Under the pieces are notes generated by a model that searched no databases, was not told the DNA's origin, and was given only the letters and a program-made list of their open reading frames with translations. The position numbers and the translations under genes are program-made. This document shows, piece after piece, positions 37,858-50,200 of a DNA stretch of 64,000 bases. The stretch lies in contig JBHGNT010000014.1 of the NCBI GenBank assembly GCA_043228905.1, forward strand, positions 13,330,001 through 13,394,000. The letters run 5' to 3'. The stretch is from Azolla caroliniana (lineage: Eukaryota; Plantae; Polypodiophyta). The first letter of the stretch is position 1, and the number at the start of each line of letters is the position of its first letter.

Positions 37858-40800
37858 ATCTCAGTTTGCTAACTTGGAATATACAAGGAATTGGTGGCAC
37901 CCAATTCCAGATGAAAAAGAATGTGTTGGCTGCTGAAATTTAGCGATGCACTGAGGCAGTGTTGCATGATATTATCTTGGTGCAGGAGCACCATCTAGAT
38001 GGGGACAAGATCGATAAAATAGGAAGCATTTGCCCCGGAAACTGGACCAATACATGGTCAGCAGCTACGGGAGATAGGCAGATTCAGGGGGGAGTACTTA
38101 TAGCTATGAAAGCTAAGTTTACTGCTAACTGTACAGGCATGGGTAGTTTAATAGAGGGTCGTGCTGTCTACATAAGGATAAAACACAGTTGTGGGCACTT
38201 GGGCATACTGAACATTTATGCCCCAAATTCAGTTGCTGAAAGACAAGAATTCTGGTTGCAACTAGTGGCCAAGAAACCAGATGTTGAGTTGTGGATCATT
38301 GGAGGAGACTTTAATATGGTGGAGCATCCAGAAGATAGAAGAGGCAATGCAAATGGAACGGTACAGGGGGCAGAGAGGAATGCATGGGATAAGTTTTGTT
38401 TAGCATATAATGTGATAGATTGTTGGAATGCCCCTAACTTTCAAATGCAAAAAGAAAAATCTCTTCGCTACTCTAGAGTAGGAGGAAGTGTGCACAGGAG
38501 GACGATGTCTAGGCTGGACAGATGGTATTTGGACCCTCGACTCATGGATAGGAAAGGTAGATGCATTATTTGCCCGGGCACAATGTTCTCTGATCATGTC
38601 CCAGTTCTGTTACACATACAAGAAAACAATCGCTGCAAGCCACATAATGTGAAGGTGTGTAAGGAATTGGTTATGGATACTAAATGGACCGATGATATAC
38701 GGAAAATATGGTATGATATCAGATGGAGGTACCTTGACCCTGCTCATAGGCTGGCTGGGAAACTTGAGGCATGTGCAGGGTTTTTTCAACAAAAAGCAAT
38801 TGAAATTAGAAAAGAGATAAGAGAGAAAATGCAGAGAATGCAATGGTCACTTGCTTCTATGCAACAACTAAGAGAATTATACCCACATAATGTATGGATT
38901 GAGGCGCAACTTGAGGAGGCCAAAAGCAAATTAGAGAGGTACCAAAAACTTAGGAGTACCTATGCCTATCGAAGTAGGGCAGCAAGCTGGATGAGGGTAG
39001 GAGATCGGGTTACTAAAGGTTTTTTTAAAGGTGTTAAATGCAAAGGATCTGGGTTTCAACCTTCATGCTTAAAAAAGACAGATGGCACAATGACCTCATG
39101 CAAAGAGGAAATGCTTGAAATAGCCACAAGCTATTATACTCAACTACTAAATGTATGCAATAAGGATCTGATTCATCAGGTTGCCTTTAGAAATATAATA
39201 AAGAGGATACCAAGGACAGTTACGGCTCAAATGATGGACCAACTAAATACCCCTATAGGTATGCATGAATTGTGGGATGCTATTGGGGATATGAACAAAC
39301 AAAGTTGTGCAGGAATTGATGGACTTCCTCTATACTTTTACATCTAGTATTGGGATCTAATTAAGGATGACATGCTAGCAGGGATGCAACACATTATGGT
39401 AGAAGGACTAATGCCCACAACAATGTGTAGAGGCATGATTTATTTAATACCCAAGGCTGGTAAAGACCTAGCAACGCTTGATAATTGGCGACCACTGACG
39501 ATCCTCACCAATGCATATAAGATAATGGCCAAAGTCGTAAGTAAGAGATTGAAAATGGTACTTGGGGACATTATACATACAACGCAAACTGGTTTCTTGG
39601 AAAACCGGAGTATTGTGGACAATGTGATAACATTCTGGGAATACTCAGCATGGGCTGAGGAGCAAGAAGTGGACCTAGCAGTAATGCTACTTGACTTCGA
39701 AAAAGCATATGACAGGATTTCATGGGATTTCCTAGAAGCAGTGATGGCAGCCCTAGGTTTTGAACAACAATGGATCCGTGGAATGGGTGCCTTCTACAGA
39801 GGTGCATCCAGCCAAGTGTTAATGGCTGGAAGTATGGGGAAGAGCTTTAAGATGCTACGTTCGGTACGCCAAGGATGCCCATTAGCCCCGTATTTATACA
39901 TAATTGCAGCAGAAGCTTTGCATTATCAAATTGCTGATAGATCTTGGCAAATACAAGGCCTTACCTTACCCGATGTTGAAGTTATGGTGCTTGATACGGC
40001 ATATGCTGATGACACAATGACCTATGTCAAAGGTGATGCACACAACTTGGGCAGATTGCAAAATGCAATTGATGAGTTTTGTAGGGGATCCGATGCTAAA
40101 ATAAATTGGAATAAATCTGTGGGCATTTGGATCAGTAATAAACCCATGTTAAACTGGGTCCCCGACCCCAATTTTAGATGGTTGAGGAAAGGAGAAGCTA
40201 CTAGATACTTGGGCTTCAAAATTGGTATGGACATTGATCGGGCAGAACACTACAATCTACTAGTGGATAAAATAAAAATGAAGCTAATATGGTGGAATGC
40301 AAGAAAACTATCCTTTGCGGGAAAGATTGTGATTGAAAATCAGATTCTAATGGCCACTATATGGCACACTGCTGCATGTTGGATAATCGTGCCCAAGTCG
40401 ATGAAATTGATAAAAAAGATCATTAGAAATTTCTTATGGGGGGGCACAGAGGAAAAACAAGTCGTTGCAAAGATTGTTTGGACCACACTTATAAAAAGGA
40501 AAAGTGAAGGGGGGGTGGGATTGATAGATCCCGTGATGCAAACGAAGGCCTTGCTAGGCAAACTAGTGGTCCGGAGCCTACAACCTCCTGAGGCACCTTG
40601 GAAAGTTCTATGGCGGCGTAGATGGAAGATGTGGCTACCAAGACAAGGTGGATGTTGGCCTAGCAGCCCATTTTGGGGCTTTGTGCTAGAAATGAGGCCC
40701 AAATATTGGGGAAGTATGCAGAGTCTTTGTGCTATCGGAATTATGAAAGCATGGCAAGAAATCAGAAAGGGGATCATATGTAGGTGGAGAAATGATGCAT

Positions 40801-42203
40801 ATGCGCGGATATACATGCCAATTGTGTGGAACCCATTGATTAGAGATGTGGATGGGCTGATGATAGGCCAAAAAACAGGTTTCAAATGGGCTGAGTTAAT
40901 CAATGCCCAAGGGAATGCATTAGTGGAGTGGGAGAGGTTTTTGTCCAATGAGGTGGGCACTCAAAAGGCTAGAATATGGAGAATAAGCAGGGGTAAAGGC
41001 ATGCTCAAGAGAATTACAGATGCCATTGCATGCTACAAGAATACCTTGGAAGAGGAAGAAGTAACAACCTCTGAAATTGCGTGGACAGGTCTTATAGATG
41101 CTGAAAACTGTTTAATTGGCATTAAGGGAATGAAAGTAGAATCGAACGAGGTATGCTACTACAAACTAGAGCACGGAAGGGCAAGAGGTGAGCAACCAGT
41201 CTTTCAAAGAGAAAAGCCGATTAGGCTGATCGTAAAAACTGGCAAGAATATGATTATTGACCCTAAGCCAAGGGAGATCACACCGGCGACAGTGTGTTGG
41301 CCTATAGAAGGGCATTTGGATCAGTTATCATGGGACCCAGCCAGGTATTTTTGGAGAACTCAAGGACAAAATGATGGGGAAAAGCTGGTTCAATTTTTCA
41401 GGTATAACACGAAGATTGGGAGGCAAATTCTTCTAGAACAAAAACATGACAAGGTTGCGGCTAGGAAATTTTGGATGCAGGAGGGCATAAGTGAAAGGAG
41501 ACTAGATAAATTCTGGAAAATGATATGGCATGAAAAATATGACCGCACGATAATGATGTGTTTATGGCTTATTGCACATAGAGCCTTGCCGGTAGGGACG
41601 TGGGGTAAAGGCCCCAATGTAGACCCTAGATGTACTGTATGTGGACAGATAGAAAGCATCTCCCATTGTCTATGGGAATGTCGCGCTGCAATGGCTGTAT
41701 GGGGAAGGGCACTTCGTTTGCTTTGCCATGCCTCTAGTTCGTTCACCCTCAACTAGGGACATGCTTGTTGGATGTGTCTTGACGTTGATGTGGCGACATA
41801 CGATAGCACATGCAATGCTAAGTACAGAGGGGAGAATGGCATTGTTCAGCTGATCACTGACAACGGGGTACCTACAACTTGTGTACAGAATCAAAAACTT
41901 GAAGATCTTTGGATGTTGCTTGCCCCCATTACTATATGGCATATATGGACAACAAGGTGTACCAGGGTATTTTCTGCACACAAACGCCCTCCTGCTGAAT
42001 CGATTAAGCTAATTTGGCACACACTCATAACTACACTAAGAGCTCAATATGAGCGGATTAATGGTAATAATGATGTTGCAGACCTAATGAACCTGAATTT
42101 TCGAAAAAGATGGTGTACGACACCGATGGCCGCAGCAAATGGAATGGATATACTATGGAAGTATGATGTACCCAGATGGTTGTTTCCCCCTCCCATTAGT
42201 TGA
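37854..42203 (+). pseudogene. LINE ORF2 (APE endonuclease, RT, zf-RVT); 3 in-frame TAGs
   Basis: MNLSLLTWNIQG, NIYAPN, GGDFN, SRLDR, SDH; QGCPLAP, YADD; CTVC...ESISHCLWEC. Stops at 37941, 39345 and 41754, with no frameshift. Confidence 0.93.
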
Positions 42204-42769
42204 ACGAGGGGCATGAAAGACATGGCAAGTGGGATAGTGAAGGTAGGGGGGTGATGTATCTGAAAGGATGGCTTGAGTCATATGTAAAAGTGTAAGATAA
42301 ATAAGTGAGATCTCGTATGTAGGCTAGGATAATCTTGGCACGGCCTACCTGAGAAAGGGATCGTGTTCATGTATATTTTAACTAATGGAGTATATTCTCT
42401 TTTGGAAAAAAAAAAAAAAAACGTTATGGGTGTGAGATGGATATATGCCCTTAAGGTGTCCAATTGTGCATATCCATATATATTTAAGGAGTACTTTATA
42501 TCTTAGTGTAACATACAACACTTTCCAACATATATTATTATGCCACTTCTACCAAAATCTTCTAGGTATTAGGTTTGCATGTGCCATTAGAGATGTGATG
42601 TCTTAAACAAGAGTTTAACTCTATATAAGGGCATGATATGTAATTGGAATATAGGTCTCTAGCGGTCAAAGCATGTGAGGCCCTTCTTTTATGTTTTGCT
42701 CTTCGAGCATTTCAAGTTCAAATATGTTGTTGGAACTTGGAATAATTATAACATAGTGCAAGTCAAACT

Positions 42770-45700
42770 AAAGGACTGCTACAATTAGTTCATTGCGATT
42801 TGTGCAGACCAATGCCAACCACATCGTTGAACGGTAACACACAAATATTTTATCTTTTTTGTTGGTGATTATACAAGATTTACAATTCTATATTTTTTGA
42901 AAGCAAAATCTAGAGGTTGCCTTTAATGCTTTCACAACCTATAAATCTTATGTGGAGAATCAATGTCAAAGTAAAATAAACAAAATAAGAATGGATTATG
43001 GTGGTAAATATTTCCCAAAAGAATGGACAAAGTTTTGTCACGAGCATGACATTAGGCATGAACATATAGTTCCTTACAATCCACAACAAAATGGAGTCGC
43101 CGAACGAAAGAATCAAACACTCTTGGATGCTTGTCGGAGTATGCTACATGTTGTGGGTCTTCACAATCAATTTTGGTAAGAGGCTGTTGCAACCACTTGC
43201 TACCTTCAGAACCAATCACCTCATAAAGCTCTTGGTTTGAACATTCCATATGCAATGTGTTTTGGCCACAAACCAAATATTTTGCACCTTCATGTATTTG
43301 ATGCTAGGACATACAATCATATTCCACAAGAGAAAAGTAGAAAATTAGATCCACATGCGAGAAAAGGTATTTTCGTCGGTTATGGAGAATTGGCTAGAGT
43401 CAAAGGTTACAAATTATTTGATCACTTGAGACAAAGAAATGTTTATTTAGCCAATCAATTGCATTCAATGAAGGACTCTTATCAAATCTCCCAACCAAGG
43501 TAGAACATTATCATCAAAATATTAATACAAACTTACTAATGCCTTTGGATATTTCACATAGAAAAGAGTACAAAGTCTCTTAAATACTAGAAAATTAGTG
43601 TGAAAGCTTGATGAGGATGGAACAATTGAAAGTGAAGTAACACATTATCATCATCAAATTCCATTAAAATCGAATGTCCACCACAATCATGTAAATCAAC
43701 CATGTAAAGACGAAGATGGTGGATAACAATCAAAGTCACCAATGGACAAAATTCATCGAATGAACAACAATCATCTACCCCAATCCGATGAATAATGGTT
43801 ATCTACTCCAACCCATATTTTGTTGTCTTTGTTATCTCTTGATTTCCCCCCTTAAGTTGGTGATAACTTCAATGACCCTAGAGAAACTAATAAGGATGAC
43901 TCAAACGCAACTTTCTCCAAGAGCTCAAATCTTAGCGCTTCACCAAACTCAAATCACAATGATGACTTGAGGAGTATTTTCAACAATTAATATCAAGAAA
44001 CCAAGTAAAATCAAAAGAAAATTTAAGAATATAAATGAGCGCATGGAAATTACTAAACCAATTGAAATGCTAATGGTTGATGTTGACAATTTAATGATAT
44101 TGATTATGAATTTATGGATGATCAATCATAATGCACAAGTTTGATGTGACCCAATGGTAGGCTGCAATGCAAGCAAAATGGATGGTTTAAATCGGAATAA
44201 GGCTTGGACTCTAGTTCCACGCCCAAAGATTAGTATGTCAATTCAAGCAAATGGGTCCTTACCAAAGCTTCAATATGGAAGACCATCAATCAATTAAAGG
44301 AGAAGTTCCTAGTGAAAGATCTTGGACCTCTGGAATATTGTTTTGGAATCAAGGCACCTTGCAATCGTATAGATGAAACTCTAACCTTTACACAACGAAA
44401 ATTGGTGGACAAAATTCTTCGAAAGTTTGAGATGGTTGATTGCAAGCCAATCTCGACTCCAATGATGGTTCCATGCAAACTTTCAACAAATCATAGCTCG
44501 ATGTCAATTGAAGAAGAATAAATTATTAAATCGCTCCCTTATAACCAAATCTTAGTTAGTATAAGGTATCTCGTGAGTTGCACTCGTCCTGATCTTTCTT
44601 ATTGTGCAAGTTTTCAATCCAAGTTTACGCAAAATCTTGGACTTGCACATTGGCAAGCTCTTAAACGTGTTCTATGATATCTCCAATATACCAAAGATAT
44701 AGGTCTCACATATTGAAGCTTCTGTTAGGAAACAAGTCCCTTCGGATGGGAAGTAAGAAGAACAGTGTCGATGAGCAAACTCGGCTGAGGCCTGTCGGCC
44801 TCGACCGAAACCAGATGACAAGTACCCGACTACGGAAGACCCGGTGAGAACCAGATGACGAGTACCCGGCAAGAGCCGGATGGTGAAGACCCGGTGAGAA
44901 CCGGATGACGTGTGCCCGGCAAGCGCCGGATGATGCAGGCCCGGTGAGGAGTGCTCACCGGATGAAGGAACATATCTGTAAATATGTTTCTAAGAGTCCA
45001 TCAGGGCTATATTTGTAAATAGCCGAAAAGTCATATTAGTATAAATATGACTTAGGGCAAACTTTAGTTTGTTGGTTGTCGTTATTCTTGTGGTGCGAGA
45101 TTAGAGCACGTAACTGTGTACAGAGAGTGTGAGAGAGAGGAAGAGGTCGTTGCCTCTGTTGTAATCGTCGCCTGTGGCGAAGATAGCAAGCTCGAGGTCG
45201 TTGCCTCAGTGCTTTACTATTGTATATTCTGATATAGTGATAGTTTGCAGTCTATGGGCTGGCGTGGTTTTTCCCTAGTTTGGGTTTTCCACGATAACAT
45301 CCTTTGTTCTCTTCTCTTCGCTGTGTCGTGCGTTCACTATCCGTTTTCTGTGGTTTATCCTAGGCTCGGTTGTGGCCGAGCGTTGTTCAAAGGGAACGTG
45401 TATCCCTGTCAGCTTCCAATCCCAGAATTCGTCACAACCTAGTGGATGGATTGATACTTCTCTTGTTGGTTGCATGGATTCGGATTGAGGGGGATCTTGA
45501 TACCTCCCACCCCACATCAAGCATGGTCTTTATATTTAGTGGTGTCACAATCTCTTGGAAAAGCAAACGACAAATACTTGTAGCATTGTCAAGTATACAA
45601 CAACCTCTCTAATGGCCAAAGAAGGATTATGGATCAAAACCATAATTGAAGAACTTGACATCAGACTTAAAGTTTATGGAAATGAAGCTATTTTGTGACA

Positions 45701-45900
45701 ACCAGTTATGTATACAGTTAGCGACAAATCCTAAGATCCCTGATAAAAATAAGCATATCAGAGCAAAACATCACTTTATTAGAGAATTAGTGGAATCTAA
45801 CTTAGAAATCTTGTTATATTACACCTCAACTGCAACAATGTAGGCCAATTTTTTAACTAAACCAGTGTCACATCAAAAGCATTAGAACTGTTGTAATAAA
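42770..45900 (+). mobile_element. Old, decayed Ty1/copia fragment (integrase, partly deleted RT, RNase H)
   Basis: PQQNGVAERKNQTL, KLDPHARKGIFVGY, KDLGPLEYCFGI, ISWKSKRQ, KHIRAKHHFIRE; many stops; no LTRs found. Confidence 0.85.
44723..45411 (+). mobile_element. Solo LTR related to the LTR of copia E
   Basis: TGTTAG...TGTCA flanked by TSD GCTTC (44718-44722 and 45412-45416). Shares TCGGATGGGA, TATAAATATGACTTAGGGCAAAC and CTCGGTTGTGGCCGAG blocks with E's LTR. Confidence 0.9.
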
Positions 45901-45949
45901 ATTGTCCTCTATCTACAAAAGACGAAGAACTAAAATGTATTACATTAAC

Positions 45950-47650
45950 GGTTTGAAAATTCCTTAACACAAAGTGGATCTAAAGATCAGGGTTTGAAAA
46001 TTCCTGAACACAAAGCAGATCTAAAGATATCCGCCTTTGCAGATGATAATATGGTATTCGTCAAAGGCACAAATGATAACTTGTTGAGATGCATACAATG
46101 GATTGACCAATTCTATTAATGCTTAAGAGACAAAATAAATTGACACAATTCAAAAGGACTATGGATTGGAACAAATCAGAAACCACCATGGTGTCCAAAT
46201 TCAACTGTTTGTTGGTTGTCTGAAAATGTAGTCATGCAATATTTGGAGTTTTGGATTGGAATTAATTTGGACAAACAATTGCATATTGAATCTTTAAAAT
46301 AATGCATAAAAAATAAGATAAGATTGTGGAGCACAACCACACCCTCTCTTGCAAGAACAGTCGTGCATAAATAACAAGATTAGACTGTGGACCACAACCA
46401 TACTCTCTCTTGTAGGAAGAGTCCTAATTGTTAATCAAGTCTTGATATCAATGTTATGGCACACACTTTCTTGCTCAATTTGGGACAAAACAAGACTAGT
46501 AGGAATAAAAAGGGACATTACTTGATTGCTTTGGACCAAGAAGACCAAGGGCAATGTAACGGGTAAAGTGGCATGGAGCACCATAACACAAAAAAAGAAA
46601 TATGGAGGCTGAGGTCTAATCGATCTAGAAATACAGAGCATGACTAATGGGGAAATTTGTTGTGAGATGCTTAACTCTAGGAGAGGAAATATGGAAAACT
46701 TTATGCCATCATAGATTAAATGTACATATGGAAACCTAGAGTGAGGGGTAAATGGCTGGAGAAACCCAACTACATTTGTAAAGGAATCGAACATGAAGAT
46801 TCTGCGGAGCATGGACAATGGACTGATATGATTGGTCATGAGTTGTTGAGAAAAGGAATTCTTTGGATAGCCCCAAACTCTACCTTGGAATGGTTCGTTA
46901 GTCGCTATTATGGAACCCCAACTTCAAGGATGCCAATGGTAGTATGCTTGGATAGTCTGTGGGTCTATTGTGGACAGATATCGACAAAACATGGCACTTT
47001 GGTATGAATAGAAGGAGGTTTTTAAAATATGCAATTGCTATAGAAAAAGGAAAAAAATGGGTGACTATGTTGAACGTGATCTTGAACATGATGAGATAGT
47101 ATGAGGGAACAAGGAACAACATGGATGTCACAAATGCAGGGTATCAGTGGGTAGGTTGGTTTGACGGAGTAGATGAGTTGCATGAGATCAAGCACGTGGT
47201 GCACTCTGATATATGTATACAAGGGTAAAAATTGAGAAACTACTACTAGCATGATTAATTAGTACTAGTGGTAAAAACTGGGAAATCGACCCAGGGGCCC
47301 ATAGGCTGCGTGATGCGTCTCAGGTCTGGATCCAAGTGGGGGTGGAGCTAGAGAAAGTTACTTGGAACCCCTCAGAATTTTTACAGGTCAGGAAAAACAG
47401 GCGAAAAGAAACAATTGTTTCGATATACATCAATAATTGGTTGAAATATCATTAAACAATAGGGAATTCACAAAGAGGCACTTGGTAGTAAGTGGAGGGA
47501 GGAGGGATTAGAGGACACTTGTATGTAGGCTTATTGGAAAAAGTTGTGGGTAGTTGGCTTTCCTTAAAAATGGAATCCTTTCTTTGGTTTATCAGCCATA
47601 AAGCGCTCCCGGTTCTTAAATGGCCGGAGAGGCCAAGATGGTGCATGTAA
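45950..47650 (+). mobile_element. Decayed, 5'-truncated LINE ORF2 fragment
   Basis: KISAFADDN at ~46024-46050, SLVGRVLIVNQVL-like segment, colinear with the C-terminal half of the 37854 ORF2. Confidence 0.75.
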
Positions 47651-48290
47651 GAGCTGAAACTACGATTTAGAATAAATTGAACAACGATTTCTTGTAATGA
47701 ATTCAACCACTGCTTAATCAATGATACCAAAGGAAGCTTGCTAGTAAAATACAAAATAACAGCACAATCATAAAACCTATCAAAAGTTGCTAACATAGAC
47801 TTGGTCTCCATCACCACCTCTCAACATCCTCCTCCACACAATCTTTAGCATCCTATCTCATTTTTTTCCATAAAATCAGAAATTAAAGCCTTAACAAAAT
47901 CACGACTGTCAATATTACAATCATCTCCAATGACATCTTTCCCACCAAGAATAACAACATATGATGTTTTCTCATGTTCTGTAGAATCGATACATTTTTT
48001 CCTCTTGTAATTTTCACAACCATCATTACCACCACATCCATTGACAATCATCAACTCATTTCCTATTGTTATGTCAGCCATCCTAATAGAGATTGAGAGA
48101 ACTAACTTGAGAAGATGAAAATTTTCCTTGTAGCTTCTTGTAACGACTACGAAACTTAACGTTCAAATAATCCTTGGAAAGCTCTCTGATCAAGCTTTGG
48201 AAAGATCCAAAAATTATAAAAAACGGAGTTCTAGGTACAAAGTTGCATCAAAAACATGTTTCAACACTATTATTGGAACGTCATCTCTTT
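47650..48290 (-). mobile_element. Probable 5' end (UTR plus ORF1 start) of another LINE
   Basis: Minus-strand CAVILYFTSKLPLVSLIKQWLN resembles the start of LINE ORF1 DUF4283-like domains; degraded. Confidence 0.4.
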
Positions 48291-48292
48291 TT

Positions 48293-48295
<3 letters not shown>

Positions 48296-48375
<80 letters not shown>
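48296..48375 (+). repeat. (CT)n microsatellite
   Basis: Uninterrupted CT tract of ~80 bp. Confidence 0.97.
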
Positions 48376-48379
<4 letters not shown>

Positions 48380-49600
48380 GTAAAAGCACACAATTATGTA
48401 AAATCCACTTAGTTACAATATTTCTTAGTCTCCTCTACCTATCATATGCCTATGTAGGGAGAGGGACGTTCGGTAATGCTATTAAAAAACTTGAATATGC
48501 ATTTGAGGAAATGATCCCCACATGCTCTAACATCCAAAAATTCCACATGAGAATACCTTTAAGCTTCTTTATATAGGCTTTCACCCCATGTCTATTATTA
48601 AACATGAAAGCATTACAAAAATTCCAATTGTGTTGTAGATCCCAATAACGTAAAAATTGGAACAATATCTCCATCTCATCATTTGAACCATTTTGAACAT
48701 ATTGAGAAAAAACCCATTGTTGAGGTCTCAAACAACAACGGGTTAAAACTTGCCAAATGTCCGATAAGTACTTCCAAATGGTACACACTATAGGATGTTT
48801 ACTTGAACCTATGTGTACTATCCTCCAATGGAACAGTGCAAAAGAAACAAGTGCCAGACCCTAGTCCTCGTCTCTTTAAGAATGAACCTAATGGGATCCC
48901 ACCAATCATGACTCTCCATATGAATACCTTTGCACGAAATGGTGGATGGGAATTCTAGCTACGTTGTAATATTTTCCACCACCTTGCATCTGACTTCCAT
49001 ACATTCTATAACTTCGCTACTTTATGAGATAGCCAAGATAATGATGTCATCACATGATGATACAATATATTTGTAGTGACATGTAACAAGCGTTGTCGTG
49101 AAGATCCCATAAAACGTACAAAATCAAGAATGAACCACATAATACAATAATTGTGAAGATAACATTTTAAATAAATTTAATATCTAAGTACAAAATGATT
49201 GAGGTTTCGAATGCACTTTATTACACGAGAAACGGACAACTAAATGTCAAGATATGAGGGTATAAAGTTTGTGAAAAGAAAAGAGAAAATTCTGAGATAT
49301 CCCACATAGGCACGACAAATACGGCTCTCATCATATATAAGGTAGAGCAAAAGATATTATCTTTGTGTCTATATGTGGAGCATAGAGAGTTCAAGGTAAC
49401 TTGAACTAAGAGTGGAGGTGGGCTAGCTACTCATAAAGGGTTTTTGGTCAACCAAAACCGGACCGACGATGGAGCCGGTGATCCGGCGGCAATCCGGCGA
49501 AGCACCGGTAACCGACGGCATCCGGCGGCAACCGGCGACAACATCCGGTGACTAGATAAATAAATATATAAATATATATACATATATACATATACAAGGA

Positions 49601-49672
49601 GGGCAAGTAAGGATTCAAACCTTGCACCTCCGAGTTAGGAGTCAATTGGCTTACCATTAAGCCATGTCATTT
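49601..49672 (-). other. tRNA-derived (SINE-head-like) module inside F's LTR; second copy at 56428-56499
   Basis: Minus strand has A-box TGGCTTAATGG, D-stem GGCTT/AAGCC, CTCCTAA loop and B-box GGTTTGAATCC, followed by an AT-rich tail; no intact acceptor stem. Confidence 0.65.
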
Positions 49673-50200
49673 AGTTGAATTTATATTTCTATCATTGTAC
49701 TTTTACGTGTAAATTCTCATACATGAGAGCTAAAATGAGTGACATGGTTATCATGCACCACATGTAATACATAAGCGCCAAATGGCAAGCATGCATTTTA
49801 TGCATGTCTTGTACCCTCACATGCATCATATGCATGAGAGCATCTATAAAAGAAGGAAGGGGGAGGAGAAAAAACACGTTTTTTTTTTGTTATGAAATTA
49901 AGAAGAAGAAATTCGTTATCAAATTGATCGTGTAACTTGTTTCTTAAATCTAAAGTTAAAAGTTCAATCAATCTCTCTCAATCGTGTAATCTCAACTTCT
50001 CTCTTTCCCAATCTATCTTAAGTACTTTCTCGCTAAAGCTTGCACCAAGCTTGCACCGACTTTGAATCCTTCCGGTCCAGAACCCCGACGGTTCCGCCTC
50101 ACAATCCGCGCATAGTGACGGATCTTCACGACATAATTAAGTCGTGAACCCGACGTGAAAGAGGCGGTAGGAAGGATCAAGTCGAGATTAATACTTGGAG

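Larger units (their letters stand above)
35866..42420 (+). mobile_element. Full-length LINE (L1/Tx1 group)
   Basis: 19-bp TSD AAC(A/G)TTATGGGTGTGAGAT at 35847-35865 and 42420-42438; poly(A) at 42405-42420; ORF1 and ORF2 present. Confidence 0.93.

Noticed and set aside
49601-49672. Functional tRNA-Arg gene
   Set aside because: Acceptor and anticodon stems do not pair properly; kept only as a tRNA-derived module.
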